Source: Lachnospiraceae bacterium
GTDB lineage: Bacteria; Bacillota; Clostridia; Lachnospirales; Lachnospiraceae
Direction: 5' to 3'
Assembly (NCBI GenBank): GCA_016288825.1
Contig: JAEELH010000061.1
Span: forward strand, 2,967 to 66,966
DNA: 64,000 bases
Shown here: piece by piece, positions 1 to 9,202 of the stretch
Layout of the letters: each line of letters starts with the position of its first letter
Position numbering within the stretch: the stretch's first letter is position 1
The notes under the pieces: generated by a model
The model's input: the letters and a program-made list of their open reading frames with translations, nothing else
The model's database searches: none
Told to the model about the DNA's origin: nothing
Made by a program: the position numbers and the translations under genes

Positions 1-2
1 TT

Positions 3-1091
3 ACGGTTGGAAATTTCATCATGATCCTTGTGGCATTTGTATTCCTTTATCTTGCAATTGCCAAGGGTTTTGAGCCGCTTCTTCTGGTGCCTATTGCGTT
101 TGGTATGCTCCTGGTTAATATCTATCCCGATATTATTGCAAGCCCGGAGGAGACCAGCAATGGTGTAGGCGGTCTTTTGTACTATTTCTATTTGCTGGAT
201 GAGTGGTCCATCCTTCCGTCACTTATCTTCATGGGTGTCGGAGCCATGACGGACTTCTCGCCGCTTATCGCTAATCCCATCAGCTTTGTTATGGGTGCGG
301 CAGCACAGTTCGGAATTTACGGTGCATACCTGCTTGCCATTCTTTTCGGATTCTCCGATCAGGCAGCAGCAGCTATCGCTATCATCGGAGGAGCGGATGG
401 TCCTACATCCATCTTCCTTGCCGGTAAGCTGGGACAGACGGCCTTGATGGGGCCTATCGCAGTGGCGGCATATTCATACATGTCACTGGTACCCATTATC
501 CAGCCCCCGATCATGAAACTCTTTACGACAGAGGAAGAGCGCAAGATCAAGATGAAGAATCTTCGCCCTGTTTCCAAGCTTGAGAGGATCCTTTTCCCCA
601 TCATCGTTACTGTCGTTGTATGTCTGATCCTTCCTACCACCGCACCTCTTGTAGGTATGCTCATGCTGGGTAACCTCTTCCGTGAGTGCGGCGTTACAAG
701 ACAGCTTTCAGATACAGCCAGCAATGCTCTTATGTACATCGTAGTAATCCTTCTGGGAACATCCGTAGGAGCATCTACATCTGCTGAGGCATTCCTTAAC
801 ATCAGCACCCTTAAGATCGTAGCACTCGGTCTCGTTGCTTTTATCCTTGCAACAACCATGGGAGTTCTTTTTGGAAAACTTCTTTGCAAGCTTACAGGCG
901 GCAAGATCAACCCTCTTATCGGTTCGGCAGGTGTGTCTGCAGTACCTATGGCAGCCCGTGTATCACAGAAGGTCGGAGCAGAGGCAGATCCTACCAACTT
1001 CCTTCTGATGCATGCTATGGGACCTAACGTAGCCGGTGTTATCGGAACTGCTGTTGCGGCAGGTGTATTTATGGCAATTTTCGGCGTATAA
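3..1091 (+). CDS. oadB: Na+-translocating decarboxylase beta subunit (5'-truncated by window edge)
   Basis: Hydrophobic protein with [53 protein letters not shown] and [10 protein letters not shown] motifs; frame is open to the window start. Confidence 0.93.
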   Translation, partial: TVGNFIMILVAFVFLYLAIAKGFEPLLLVPIAFGMLLVNIYPDIIASPEETSNGVGGLLYYFYLLDEWSILPSLIFMGVGAMTDFSPLIANPISFVMGAAAQFGIYGAYLLAILFGFSDQAAAAIAIIGGADGPTSIFLAGKLGQTALMGPIAVAAYSYMSLVPIIQPPIMKLFTTEEERKIKMKNLRPVSKLERILFPIIVTVVVCLILPTTAPLVGMLMLGNLFRECGVTRQLSDTASNALMYIVVILLGTSVGASTSAEAFLNISTLKIVALGLVAFILATTMGVLFGKLLCKLTGGKINPLIGSAGVSAVPMAARVSQKVGAEADPTNFLLMHAMGPNVAGVIGTAVAAGVFMAIFGV

Positions 1092-1092
1092 A

Positions 1093-1261
1093 TTGAGCCG
1101 AGCAGGGATGTGAAATGATGTATCGCAAGCTTGCTTGCAAGATACATCATGAGCAGACCGGTTTGGCGAGATAACCGTGATTATTGACATAAGTCGCGAA
1201 GCGACGACTGACTGCGAAGCAGGCAGGTCAATAATAGGGGTTATCTCGGCGCTCGGCTCAA
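1093..1261. repeat. Branched palindromic intergenic element (11-bp terminal IR enclosing nested hairpins)
   Basis: TTGAGCCGAGC 1093-1103 pairs with GCTCGGCTCAA 1251-1261; inner stems 1115-1150 and 1167-1248, the latter ending in two GCGAAGC hairpins. Confidence 0.85.
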
Positions 1262-1400
1262 AGTAGTAGACTGCGGAGCCGGAGCAGAAGCGCTCGGCTC
1301 AAAGTAGTAGACTGCGGAGCCGGAGCAGAAGTGCTCGGCTCAAAGTAGTAAACTGCGGAGCCGGAGCGGTAGGGCTCGGATCAATGTAGTATATCGCGGT
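1251..1400. repeat. 41-bp tandem repeat, 3 near-identical units plus a degenerate fourth
   Basis: GCTCGGCTCAAAGTAGTAGACTGCGGAGCCGGAGCAGAAGC units start at 1251, 1292, 1333 and (degenerate) 1374. Confidence 0.95.
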
Positions 1401-1423
1401 ATAGAATAATATAGGAGAATAAA

Positions 1424-2824
1424 ATGGGAGTTAAAATTACAGAAACAGTCCTTCGTGACGCACATCAGTCTCTGATCGCGACACGAATGACAACCGAGCA
1501 GATGCTTCCCATCATTGATAAAATGGATCAGGTGGGATTCAATGCAGTTGAGTGCTGGGGTGGTGCAACCTTTGATGCCTGCCTCCGCTTCCTCAAAGAA
1601 GATCCCTGGGAGCGTCTTCGTAAGCTTCGTGATGGTTTCAAGAACACCAAGCTTCAGATGCTTTTCCGTGGACAGAACATCCTGGGTTACAAGCCCTATG
1701 CAGATGATGTAGTAGAGTACTTCGTTCAGAAGTCAATTGCCAACGGAATCGACATCATCCGTATCTTCGACTGCCTCAATGACGTTCGTAACCTTGAGAC
1801 AGCAGTCAAGGCCTGCAACAAGGAAAAGGGACATGCACAGATCGCCCTTTCTTATACACTTGGTGATGCATATACTCTTGATTACTGGATGGACATTGCC
1901 AAGAAGATCGAGGACATGGGTGCAGATTCACTCTGCATCAAGGATATGGCAGGTCTTCTCGTTCCCGTTGAGGCTGAGAAGCTTGTACGTGCCCTTAAGA
2001 GCGCAACAAAGCTTCCTATTGAGCTTCATACACATTACACCTCAGGTGTTGCTTCTATGACATATATGAAGGCTGTAGAGGCAGGCTGCGATATCATCGA
2101 TACCGCAATGAGCCCCTTCGCACTTGGAACCAGCCAGCCCGCTACCGAGGTTATGGTTGAGGCCTTCAAGGGTACTGAGTATGATACCGGACTTGATATT
2201 GATCTTCTTTGCGAGATCGGCGAGTACTTCGCACCTCTTCGTCAGGAGTGCCTTGACAGCGGTCTTATGAATCCCAAGGTACTTGGTGTTAACATCAAGA
2301 CCCTTCAGTATCAGGTACCCGGCGGTATGCTTTCAAACCTGGTTTCCCAGCTCAAGGAGCAGGGCAAAGAGGATAAGTTCAATGAGGTTCTTGAAGAGGT
2401 TCCCAGAGTTCGTAAGGATCTGGGTGAGCCCCCCTTGGTTACACCTTCTTCACAGATCGTTGGTACACAGGCAGTGTTCAACGTACTTATGGGTGAGCGC
2501 TACAAGGTAGCTACCAATGAGACCAAGGACATTCTTCTCGGAAAGTACGGCCAGACAGTTAAGCCTTTCAATCCCGAGGTTGTTCAGAAGGTTCTCGGAG
2601 ATGATGCTAAGAACGCTATCACCTGCAGACCCGCTGATCTTATCAAGCCTCAGCTTGGGGAGATCGAAGAGGAGATGAAGCAGTGGAAGCAGCAGGATGA
2701 GGATATCCTTTCCTACGCACTGTTCCCTCAGGTTGCGACTGAGTTCTTCGAGTACAGACAGGCTCAGCAGACAGGTATTGATCCTGCCGCTGCAGACAAG
2801 GAAAACGGAGCTTATCCCGTATAA
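1424..2824 (+). CDS. oadA: Oxaloacetate decarboxylase alpha-type carboxyltransferase (no fused biotin carrier)
   Basis: LRDAHQSL, ECWGGATFD, IKDMAG, HTH, VPGGM and PLVTPSSQIVG motifs; AGGAG RBS. Confidence 0.9.
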   Translation: MGVKITETVLRDAHQSLIATRMTTEQMLPIIDKMDQVGFNAVECWGGATFDACLRFLKEDPWERLRKLRDGFKNTKLQMLFRGQNILGYKPYADDVVEYFVQKSIANGIDIIRIFDCLNDVRNLETAVKACNKEKGHAQIALSYTLGDAYTLDYWMDIAKKIEDMGADSLCIKDMAGLLVPVEAEKLVRALKSATKLPIELHTHYTSGVASMTYMKAVEAGCDIIDTAMSPFALGTSQPATEVMVEAFKGTEYDTGLDIDLLCEIGEYFAPLRQECLDSGLMNPKVLGVNIKTLQYQVPGGMLSNLVSQLKEQGKEDKFNEVLEEVPRVRKDLGEPPLVTPSSQIVGTQAVFNVLMGERYKVATNETKDILLGKYGQTVKPFNPEVVQKVLGDDAKNAITCRPADLIKPQLGEIEEEMKQWKQQDEDILSYALFPQVATEFFEYRQAQQTGIDPAAADKENGAYPV

Positions 2825-2834
2825 TAAAGCTAAG

Positions 2835-2865
2835 AAAAGCGCTTCCTTTCGGGGAAGCGCTTTTT
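2835..2865. terminator. Bidirectional intrinsic terminator
   Basis: AAAAGCGCTTCC-TTTCG-GGGAAGCGCTTTTT type hairpin between convergent genes. Confidence 0.9.
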
Positions 2866-2882
2866 GCATACTTTTATTTTTC

Positions 2883-4700
2883 TTACAGTGACATGATCAG
2901 CCGTTGGACTCTCAGCAGTATTCCCATGACGCCCTGATTGGTTTCTATAAGGTTGACACCCAGGGATACGTTATCCGTTATGATAGCATCCACATTCAGG
3001 TCTATCAGACGATTGATATCGCGCTGGGAATTGACCGTCCATACGAAGATGCCCTTATTCTCCTTGCGCAGATATCTGACCATGCTGGCGGTCACGAAAT
3101 TCTCTTCGATGGAAAAAGCGTTGGCAGCCTTGAGCTTGCTTATGTCTCCGCCACCTACAGTAGTGGTGTAGACAGTGTAGATATCCGGATTCAGCGCTTT
3201 TATCTGCTTTAAAGTATCGTAGTCAAAAGAAGTGATATCGCAGTCGTTTTCATAATGATTGGATGCGATGATATCCAGGGTTTTTTCAACGATCCCATCG
3301 TCATGTCCCGTCCGCTTGATCTCTATATTAAGATAAAGATGACCTTTTGTCAGTTTCATTACCTGATCCAAAGTCGGGATCCGAGTGAATCGATAGCTGG
3401 GTGAAAAGTGACTTCCGTTATCTAGATCTTTTATCTCATTGTAAGTAACTTCCCAGATCTTTTTGTCAACTCCGGTGGTCCGTTTCAGAGAACTGTCATG
3501 CATGCAGACGATCACCCCGTCCTTCGTCATCTGAACATCAAGCTCAGCGGCGTCAGCACCGTGTTCTATGGCCTTTAAAAAGGCAGGTAGGGTATTTTCC
3601 GGAGCAGATACCGAATCGCCCCTGTGGGCCATTATCATGACACCACGATTGCTTCCTGCCAGGGCAAGTTTTGCCTGCTGGTATTTGGGCGGAATGAAAA
3701 AGAATCCCGCGACGATAACGATAGATGCAACGATAAGCTTTGCCCACCATCTGTCTCTGATGTGGTGGGGAGCCGGAACATACTCGGGGATCTCTTTTTT
3801 GTAGAAGTACCCCATGGACAACCGGGACATTACTATAGGGGAGATGATCAGTACAACGAAAAGCGCAACGATCATCTCAATTATCAGTACCGCCTCATTG
3901 GATGCCAGAACAGAGGGATTGATGTCCGGGTCCAGCCACCTGATAGTAAGTCGCGAAGTAATGATAAGGCCGACCACAAGTGCGCCTGAAAGGGCTAATC
4001 CGAGGATTATCCATGAAATAATAACAAAGAAGGATCGGAATATATGAAGCCTTATGGTAAGAATGCTTTCTTTTGCAGCTTCTATGAAGTCTGTTTTTTT
4101 ACTAACCAGAATGGGTATCGTATATAGTGTTGTAAAAAACAGAAGGATAAGGATCACCGCCACAACTCCGGCTATTATTTCATATCGGGTCTTTCGTGAA
4201 ATCCGGTCGGCTATATATCCGAAAAATGAAAAGTTCTGGATGATAGTGGCTGTATCATAGATATCCACCAGGGGGACCAGAATAAATGAATACAGTATGA
4301 TAAGAAAGTTGCCCGGCTTTTTTGCGGAAAAAAGCCGCCACAGATGTCCCATTGCCTCTCCGAACATATCCGTTGCGGAAATGTTTTTCTTGAAAAAAGA
4401 AGCATGGATACCGGAGGCCAAGCCTAAAAGTTCGATCGAGATAAAAAGCCCTATAAGGATGATGGATATAATTACCATTATCCAGACTATCGGGTTGTGG
4501 AGTACACGTTTCAGATTGTAGTTTGAAAGGTAGTATACTCCGGCAATACGCAGGGCAATATTTTCAAGTTTTTCCATCAAAGGGAAAAAGATAAAGATCG
4601 AGATGAGCTTATAAGCTATCTCAAATCGAAGAAAGCTCCTAAGGTTTCTCCTCAGGAGCATAAAAGAACGCGCTATATAATGTGGTCTGCCATCAATCAT
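2883..4700 (-). CDS. Membrane-anchored glycerophosphodiester phosphodiesterase (N-terminal membrane domain + GDPD)
   Basis: Multi-TM N-terminus; AHRG, PENT, ELDV, MHD, IEIK, WTVN and IITD motifs; start overlaps the upstream stop. Confidence 0.88.
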   Translation of the reverse strand: MIDGRPHYIARSFMLLRRNLRSFLRFEIAYKLISIFIFFPLMEKLENIALRIAGVYYLSNYNLKRVLHNPIVWIMVIISIILIGLFISIELLGLASGIHASFFKKNISATDMFGEAMGHLWRLFSAKKPGNFLIILYSFILVPLVDIYDTATIIQNFSFFGYIADRISRKTRYEIIAGVVAVILILLFFTTLYTIPILVSKKTDFIEAAKESILTIRLHIFRSFFVIISWIILGLALSGALVVGLIITSRLTIRWLDPDINPSVLASNEAVLIIEMIVALFVVLIISPIVMSRLSMGYFYKKEIPEYVPAPHHIRDRWWAKLIVASIVIVAGFFFIPPKYQQAKLALAGSNRGVMIMAHRGDSVSAPENTLPAFLKAIEHGADAAELDVQMTKDGVIVCMHDSSLKRTTGVDKKIWEVTYNEIKDLDNGSHFSPSYRFTRIPTLDQVMKLTKGHLYLNIEIKRTGHDDGIVEKTLDIIASNHYENDCDITSFDYDTLKQIKALNPDIYTVYTTTVGGGDISKLKAANAFSIEENFVTASMVRYLRKENKGIFVWTVNSQRDINRLIDLNVDAIITDNVSLGVNLIETNQGVMGILLRVQRLIMSL

Positions 4701-5295
4701 GGAATGCTCTGCTAAGCGCTATAGCAACAGAGCCTCCTACGATACAACCTGAGATCCACTCAACCACTCCGTTGATGCCAACAAAGGATACAAGGAAGGG
4801 AAGAACTGCACTACCCATACCGAAGTCATTCTGAAGGGTGGGTGTGAAGCAAAGTACAAGTACGCTCATAAAGAATACTGTATTAAGTACAGGTGCAGAA
4901 AGAGCTGCGATAAACATTGACAGAGGTTTGGGGAGAGGACTGTGTGAAAGACCTACGTAGATAAGTCCGCAAAGCCAACCCATAAGAGCTCTGGTTACAA
5001 CACAGATAATGAATGTTGCCATGGGGTTAACACTGAAAAGAAGTGTTCCGAAGGCGCTGAGTCCAAAGCACTGTACAAAACTTGTTATACCAAATACAAG
5101 CCCCAGAACAAGACCGGCCTTAGGTCCGAGGTGTATAGCACCCACTGCTACCGGAATACACAAAAGTGTTATGGAGAGGGGGCCTATGTTAAGATATCCA
5201 AGCGGTGTAAATGACATCAGAAGAACTATGGCAATAAGTACTGCCAGTTCTACCATGACTCTTGTAGAAAGATCACCGCTCTTAGTTTTTTCCAT
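4693..5295 (-). CDS. panT: ECF transporter S component, pantothenate (PanT)-like
   Basis: FTPLGY..ITLLCIPVAVGAI.LGPKAG..LGLVFG.TSF and LNTVFF motifs; GGAGG RBS. Confidence 0.75.
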   Translation of the reverse strand: MEKTKSGDLSTRVMVELAVLIAIVLLMSFTPLGYLNIGPLSITLLCIPVAVGAIHLGPKAGLVLGLVFGITSFVQCFGLSAFGTLLFSVNPMATFIICVVTRALMGWLCGLIYVGLSHSPLPKPLSMFIAALSAPVLNTVFFMSVLVLCFTPTLQNDFGMGSAVLPFLVSFVGINGVVEWISGCIVGGSVAIALSRAFHD

Positions 5296-5398
5296 TGATG
5301 AATTCCTCCAATATTAGTTGATTTTGGCTGCGCCTAAAGCGCCTGGATCAAGGGCTTTTTTCAACCGGCGAAAGCCATTTCCAATAATTACCTCGGAT

Positions 5399-5450
5399 AG
5401 TATAAAACAAAGTCTTTCGGATTGCAAGTTCATGCAAAAAAAGATATACT
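5399..5450. promoter_or_regulatory. Bidirectional sigma-A promoter sharing palindromic -35 TTGCAA
   Basis: TTGCAA at 5422-5427; TATACT at 17-bp spacing on + (5445-5450) and on - (5404-5399). Confidence 0.7.
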
Positions 5451-5485
5451 ATAAAGGTATCTTTTTATCAGGAGGGAGGGTTATC

Positions 5486-6739
5486 ATGTCAAATATTATT
5501 CCGTCAGCTGAAAAGCTGAGCAGGATATATAAGGATACCGAGGGTGCTGCGGCAAGATATGAGCACCTTGCAGACGGTTATTCCCAGTCTTTCGGAGAGG
5601 CAGAGCTTTCTTTTTTTACTTCACCGGGACGTACAGAGATCATTGGCAATCATACCGATCATAATGGAGGCAAAGTCATAGCCGCCAGTATTGATCTTGA
5701 TACTATAGGAGCAGCTGCGGTCAGTGGAGATGAGATCATCGAGATCCAGAGCGAGGGTTATCCCCGTATCACGGTAGATCTTGATGCTATCGATTCAATA
5801 CCCAAGGAGAGCGGTACGATCTCACTTATCGCCGGGATGGCAGAGGGTGCCCGTAAGATGGGCTACCAGGTACATGGCTTTAAGGCTTACGTCACCACTA
5901 CCGTTATCCCAGCAGCCGGTATCAGTTCTTCAGCATCCTTTGAGATGCTTGTGGCTGCCATTTTCAATCACTTTTTCAATGATGGCAAGATTCCGGTTTC
6001 GGACTACGCAAGGATAGGCCAGTATTCAGAGAATCATTTCTGGAACAAGGCATCGGGACTTATGGATCAGATGGCATGCGCCGTGGGAGGCCCCATCAGA
6101 CTTGATTTTGGTGGAGATGAGATCGAGTACGGTCAGATTCCATTCTCATTTGACGAGTACGGATACAGACTTGTTATCGTCAATACCGGAGGAGGGCATG
6201 CGGATCTTTCAGCCGAGTATTCGGCCATGCCTCAGGAGATGTTTGCGGTAGCTGAGGAACTTGGGGGCAAGCGCCTTTGTGATACCAATATGGAAGCCTT
6301 TTTATCCCATGTTACACAGATCCGCAAAAAGCTTGGCAATGACAGAGCTCTTCTTCGTGCGATGCACTTCTTTAATGAGACAGCCAGAGTTGATAAGATG
6401 GCAGAAGCCATTGGTGCCCGTGATATTGGGTCGATCCTTTCACTTTTATCTGCATCAGGTTCGTCATCCTACGAGCTTTTGCAGAACGGCTACTGCATAG
6501 CGACGCCGGAGGAGCAGTCCATTCCTCTTGCACTGGCTCTTACGGAGCAGTTTTTAGCTTCTATCGGAGACGGAGTATGCAGGATCCACGGTGGAGGCCT
6601 TGCAGGAGTTATCATGGCTGTTGTACCGGAAAAGAATACATCGGATTATGTGGATTATATCTCCGGTTACTTCGGAAGAGACAACGTTTATCCCATGAAC
6701 ATTCGAGCAGTTGGTGCTGTTTGTGTAGATGATATTTAG
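5486..6739 (+). CDS. galK: Galactokinase (GHMP family)
   Basis: PGRTEIIGNHTDH, GISSSASFE, SGLMDQ and RIHGGG motifs; ATG 5486 follows GGAGG. Confidence 0.88.
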   Translation: MSNIIPSAEKLSRIYKDTEGAAARYEHLADGYSQSFGEAELSFFTSPGRTEIIGNHTDHNGGKVIAASIDLDTIGAAAVSGDEIIEIQSEGYPRITVDLDAIDSIPKESGTISLIAGMAEGARKMGYQVHGFKAYVTTTVIPAAGISSSASFEMLVAAIFNHFFNDGKIPVSDYARIGQYSENHFWNKASGLMDQMACAVGGPIRLDFGGDEIEYGQIPFSFDEYGYRLVIVNTGGGHADLSAEYSAMPQEMFAVAEELGGKRLCDTNMEAFLSHVTQIRKKLGNDRALLRAMHFFNETARVDKMAEAIGARDIGSILSLLSASGSSSYELLQNGYCIATPEEQSIPLALALTEQFLASIGDGVCRIHGGGLAGVIMAVVPEKNTSDYVDYISGYFGRDNVYPMNIRAVGAVCVDDI

Positions 6740-6752
6740 GATTGGGGGAGTT

Positions 6753-7355
6753 ATGATTAAAAACGAGTTTACTCAGGATCAAAAGGACCTTTTGGGAGAG
6801 ATCGGTAATATTACCATGGGCAATTCTGCCACAACTCTTTCCATGATGGTCAATCAGAGAGTTGATATAACGACTCCCAGAGTTGAGCTTATCAACCGTG
6901 CCCAGGCACTTGACGATTATGAGAAGACCTGTATTTTTGTTCAGATCCACTATGTTCAGGGACTGACCGGTAACAACGTCTTCATCCTCAAGGAGCCTGA
7001 TGTGCTTTGCATGACAGATCTTATGATGGGTGGCCCCGGAAATACTCAGGGAGAGATCAGTGAGTTGCATCTTTCAGCAGCTTCAGAGGCAATGAACCAG
7101 ATGATGGGTTCTGCAGCAACATCCATGGCTACCATGCTTGGTATTCCCGTAGATATCTCCACTCCCGAGGTCAACAGGATCGATGTTGAGAGTGTCAAGA
7201 TGTTTGAAAAGATGTTTGAGACTCCCGAGGATATCTTCGTTAAGGTTTCCTTCAGGATCGAGATCGGCGAGCTGATCGATTCCATCATGGTTCAGCTTTA
7301 TCCGCTGAGATTTGCTATCGAGATGTGCGATAAGTTCTATCAGAACCAGAATTAG
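6753..7355 (+). CDS. CheC/FliY-like chemotaxis phosphatase (no FliN domain)
   Basis: Two E-x-x-N motifs (GEIGNITMG, SEAMNQMMG); DITTP and DISTP repeats. Confidence 0.8.
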   Translation: MIKNEFTQDQKDLLGEIGNITMGNSATTLSMMVNQRVDITTPRVELINRAQALDDYEKTCIFVQIHYVQGLTGNNVFILKEPDVLCMTDLMMGGPGNTQGEISELHLSAASEAMNQMMGSAATSMATMLGIPVDISTPEVNRIDVESVKMFEKMFETPEDIFVKVSFRIEIGELIDSIMVQLYPLRFAIEMCDKFYQNQN

Positions 7356-7372
7356 TAATAACAATAGAAATT

Positions 7373-7420
7373 AAAAAAGCCGGGTGCAAGTGGCTGAGCC
7401 ACTGCACCCGGTTTATTTTT
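7373..7420. terminator. Bidirectional intrinsic terminator
   Basis: CCGGGTGCAAGTGGC-TGA-GCCACTGCACCCGG hairpin with A- and T-tracts between convergent genes. Confidence 0.85.
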
Positions 7421-7448
7421 AAAACTACTTGTAGTCGGTTTACTTGGA

Positions 7449-8351
7449 TTATGATACTGCTGTCCAAACCATTTTATAACTGGCGAATTCTGATGCATCA
7501 GTTGATAAATAGAGTTTAATTTCTTCTGTTTTAAGGCCATTATCACTCTGGAGATAAAGTGGAGTATGTTTGTATCCGATAATATTTCCCGAAGCATCGT
7601 ATGCAAAGAGGAATATATATACATTAGCACTCGTTTTAGCTTTGTTTTTGGCAGAAACAGTTAATGTAATGGTTTTATTATTTTCATCTTTGGAGAAGTC
7701 TTTTTCTTTTACTGTTTCTTTCTTTTTGAGATTCTTTGTATCAAGTCTACGATTGATTTCAGTAATGGTAAAACTTGTTTTTGTAATATCAACTCCTTGT
7801 GAAATTATACTGCTATCTGCAGTAAACTTACCATATCCGCACTGCTTTGAAGCAAGACCGTAAATATACATACTAGCAGTTTCTAACTCTACACCAGTAC
7901 TGTCTTTTAGGGTATAGGTGCATTTGATATCTCTTATTGATTGAGACGTTTTGTTTTTGACTTTAACTATTGTATCAATAGATGAATTATATTTGCTTTT
8001 TATCTGCTGAACTGAAAAATCAAAAGAAGATTCAGTATCAAGTACAGTGACCTTGTAAGTTATTGTACCTCGCTGGCATTTGATGGTTATATTCGCCTTC
8101 CCTTTTTTCTTTGCGGTAATAAGTGCTTTGTAGTCAGAATCTTTTTTTACCTTTGCAACCTTTTTATTAGAGGAAGATACTTTAGTAATCTTGCCACCGA
8201 AAGAATATGATTGGAGTGTTTCGCCTTTGAAAAGAGTAACTTTTTCTGTCTTATTTTCAGCCTGTACTTTACTCTGGGGTGTGGGCATCATGCAAAGCAC
8301 TACGAGTGCAGCAAGAAATACCGTAATGATTCTTTTCGTGTTGATCTTCAT
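7449..8351 (-). CDS. Secreted Lys-rich protein with Ig-like (Big_2-type) domain
   Basis: Signal peptide MKINTKRIITVFLAALVVLC; SSSNKKVAKV...ITAKKKGKANITI motif; visibly AT-rich. Confidence 0.7.
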   Translation of the reverse strand: MKINTKRIITVFLAALVVLCMMPTPQSKVQAENKTEKVTLFKGETLQSYSFGGKITKVSSSNKKVAKVKKDSDYKALITAKKKGKANITIKCQRGTITYKVTVLDTESSFDFSVQQIKSKYNSSIDTIVKVKNKTSQSIRDIKCTYTLKDSTGVELETASMYIYGLASKQCGYGKFTADSSIISQGVDITKTSFTITEINRRLDTKNLKKKETVKEKDFSKDENNKTITLTVSAKNKAKTSANVYIFLFAYDASGNIIGYKHTPLYLQSDNGLKTEEIKLYLSTDASEFASYKMVWTAVS

Positions 8352-8392
8352 TTCGTGTTCCTTTCTTTTTTGTTTTTTGCACAACGGGTAAA

Positions 8393-8421
8393 ATTATATT
8401 ACGCAATTTGGACAAAGTCAA
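8393..8421 (-). promoter_or_regulatory. Sigma-A promoter for the Ig-like protein gene
   Basis: TTGACT-17-TATAAT on the minus strand. Confidence 0.65.
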
Positions 8422-8509
8422 TTGCAAAATACGCCATTTTTCATGGTAATAGAGTACATAAAGTGGTAAAATAAACAAGCATTTATCAGAAACAGAGGTT
8501 TATCAATTT

Positions 8510-9202
8510 ATGATACTTTTTTTTATGCATCTTTTTTCGAAGATGTTTCACATCAAGGAAGATGTAAGCGAAGCAAACCGGGAGAATAACAGGAAATTTC
8601 ACGTTCCGACCACGGGTGACGGATATATTGACTGGCAGGAGCAGATGAAATCCTTTCGGTATGGAAAGCAGAGCGATTTTCTTTCGGATCTTCTTCTGGG
8701 GGGCGAACCGCTAAATGCAAGTATCAATGGCTGTGGGCTTATCGCAGTCTATAATGTGTTAGCTTACTATGGGATCAAAAGATCGTTTTCGGACATAGTA
8801 TATGATTTTGAAAAGAACGGAGCTTCACTTTTCGGATACTTCGGAAGCTCTTTCAATATGATAGCAGGGTATATAAAAAAAGAGGGACTTCAGGTATCAG
8901 ATGTGCCGGTTAGTTACGCCAAGGGCGACACAGTCCGATTTCAGACAGGAGAGCGGGTTTCATATATAATCACGGGTCTTAATGAAAAGGGAAGGATCCG
9001 TAGCATGGTCCATACCATAGCGCTTACCTGCGAGGGAAATCTTCTTAGGGCGCACAATGACGTTACCGGTGGCAGATTGTATTCTTCCTTAGCTGAGGCA
9101 GTCTATGATTTCGGCAACGGCAAAGGGGCCGTTCTTAAGGTTATAATGATAAGGGGCAAAGAGGATGAGCAGGATAGGGATAGTAATCTGCAATTACAAT
9201 AA
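8510..9202 (+). CDS. Hypothetical protein, peptidase C39-like papain fold candidate
   Basis: NGCGLIAVYNVL Cys motif plus downstream HTIAL and HN; start codon uncertain. Confidence 0.55.
   Translation: MILFFMHLFSKMFHIKEDVSEANRENNRKFHVPTTGDGYIDWQEQMKSFRYGKQSDFLSDLLLGGEPLNASINGCGLIAVYNVLAYYGIKRSFSDIVYDFEKNGASLFGYFGSSFNMIAGYIKKEGLQVSDVPVSYAKGDTVRFQTGERVSYIITGLNEKGRIRSMVHTIALTCEGNLLRAHNDVTGGRLYSSLAEAVYDFGNGKGAVLKVIMIRGKEDEQDRDSNLQLQ

Noticed and set aside
359-1150. 263-aa antisense ORF, and similar ones such as 61604-62605, 17403-18095 and 40477-41190
   Set aside because: Shadow frames opposite conserved genes, with no recognisable motifs
1251-1400. CRISPR array
   Set aside because: Units are contiguous 41-bp tandem copies with no unique spacers, and no cas genes are in the window
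5318-5485. N-terminal extensions in the ORF track (galK, also murE, def, Hpt, MscS, AIM24, asnS)
   Set aside because: They run through promoters or upstream genes; downstream starts have proper RBSs
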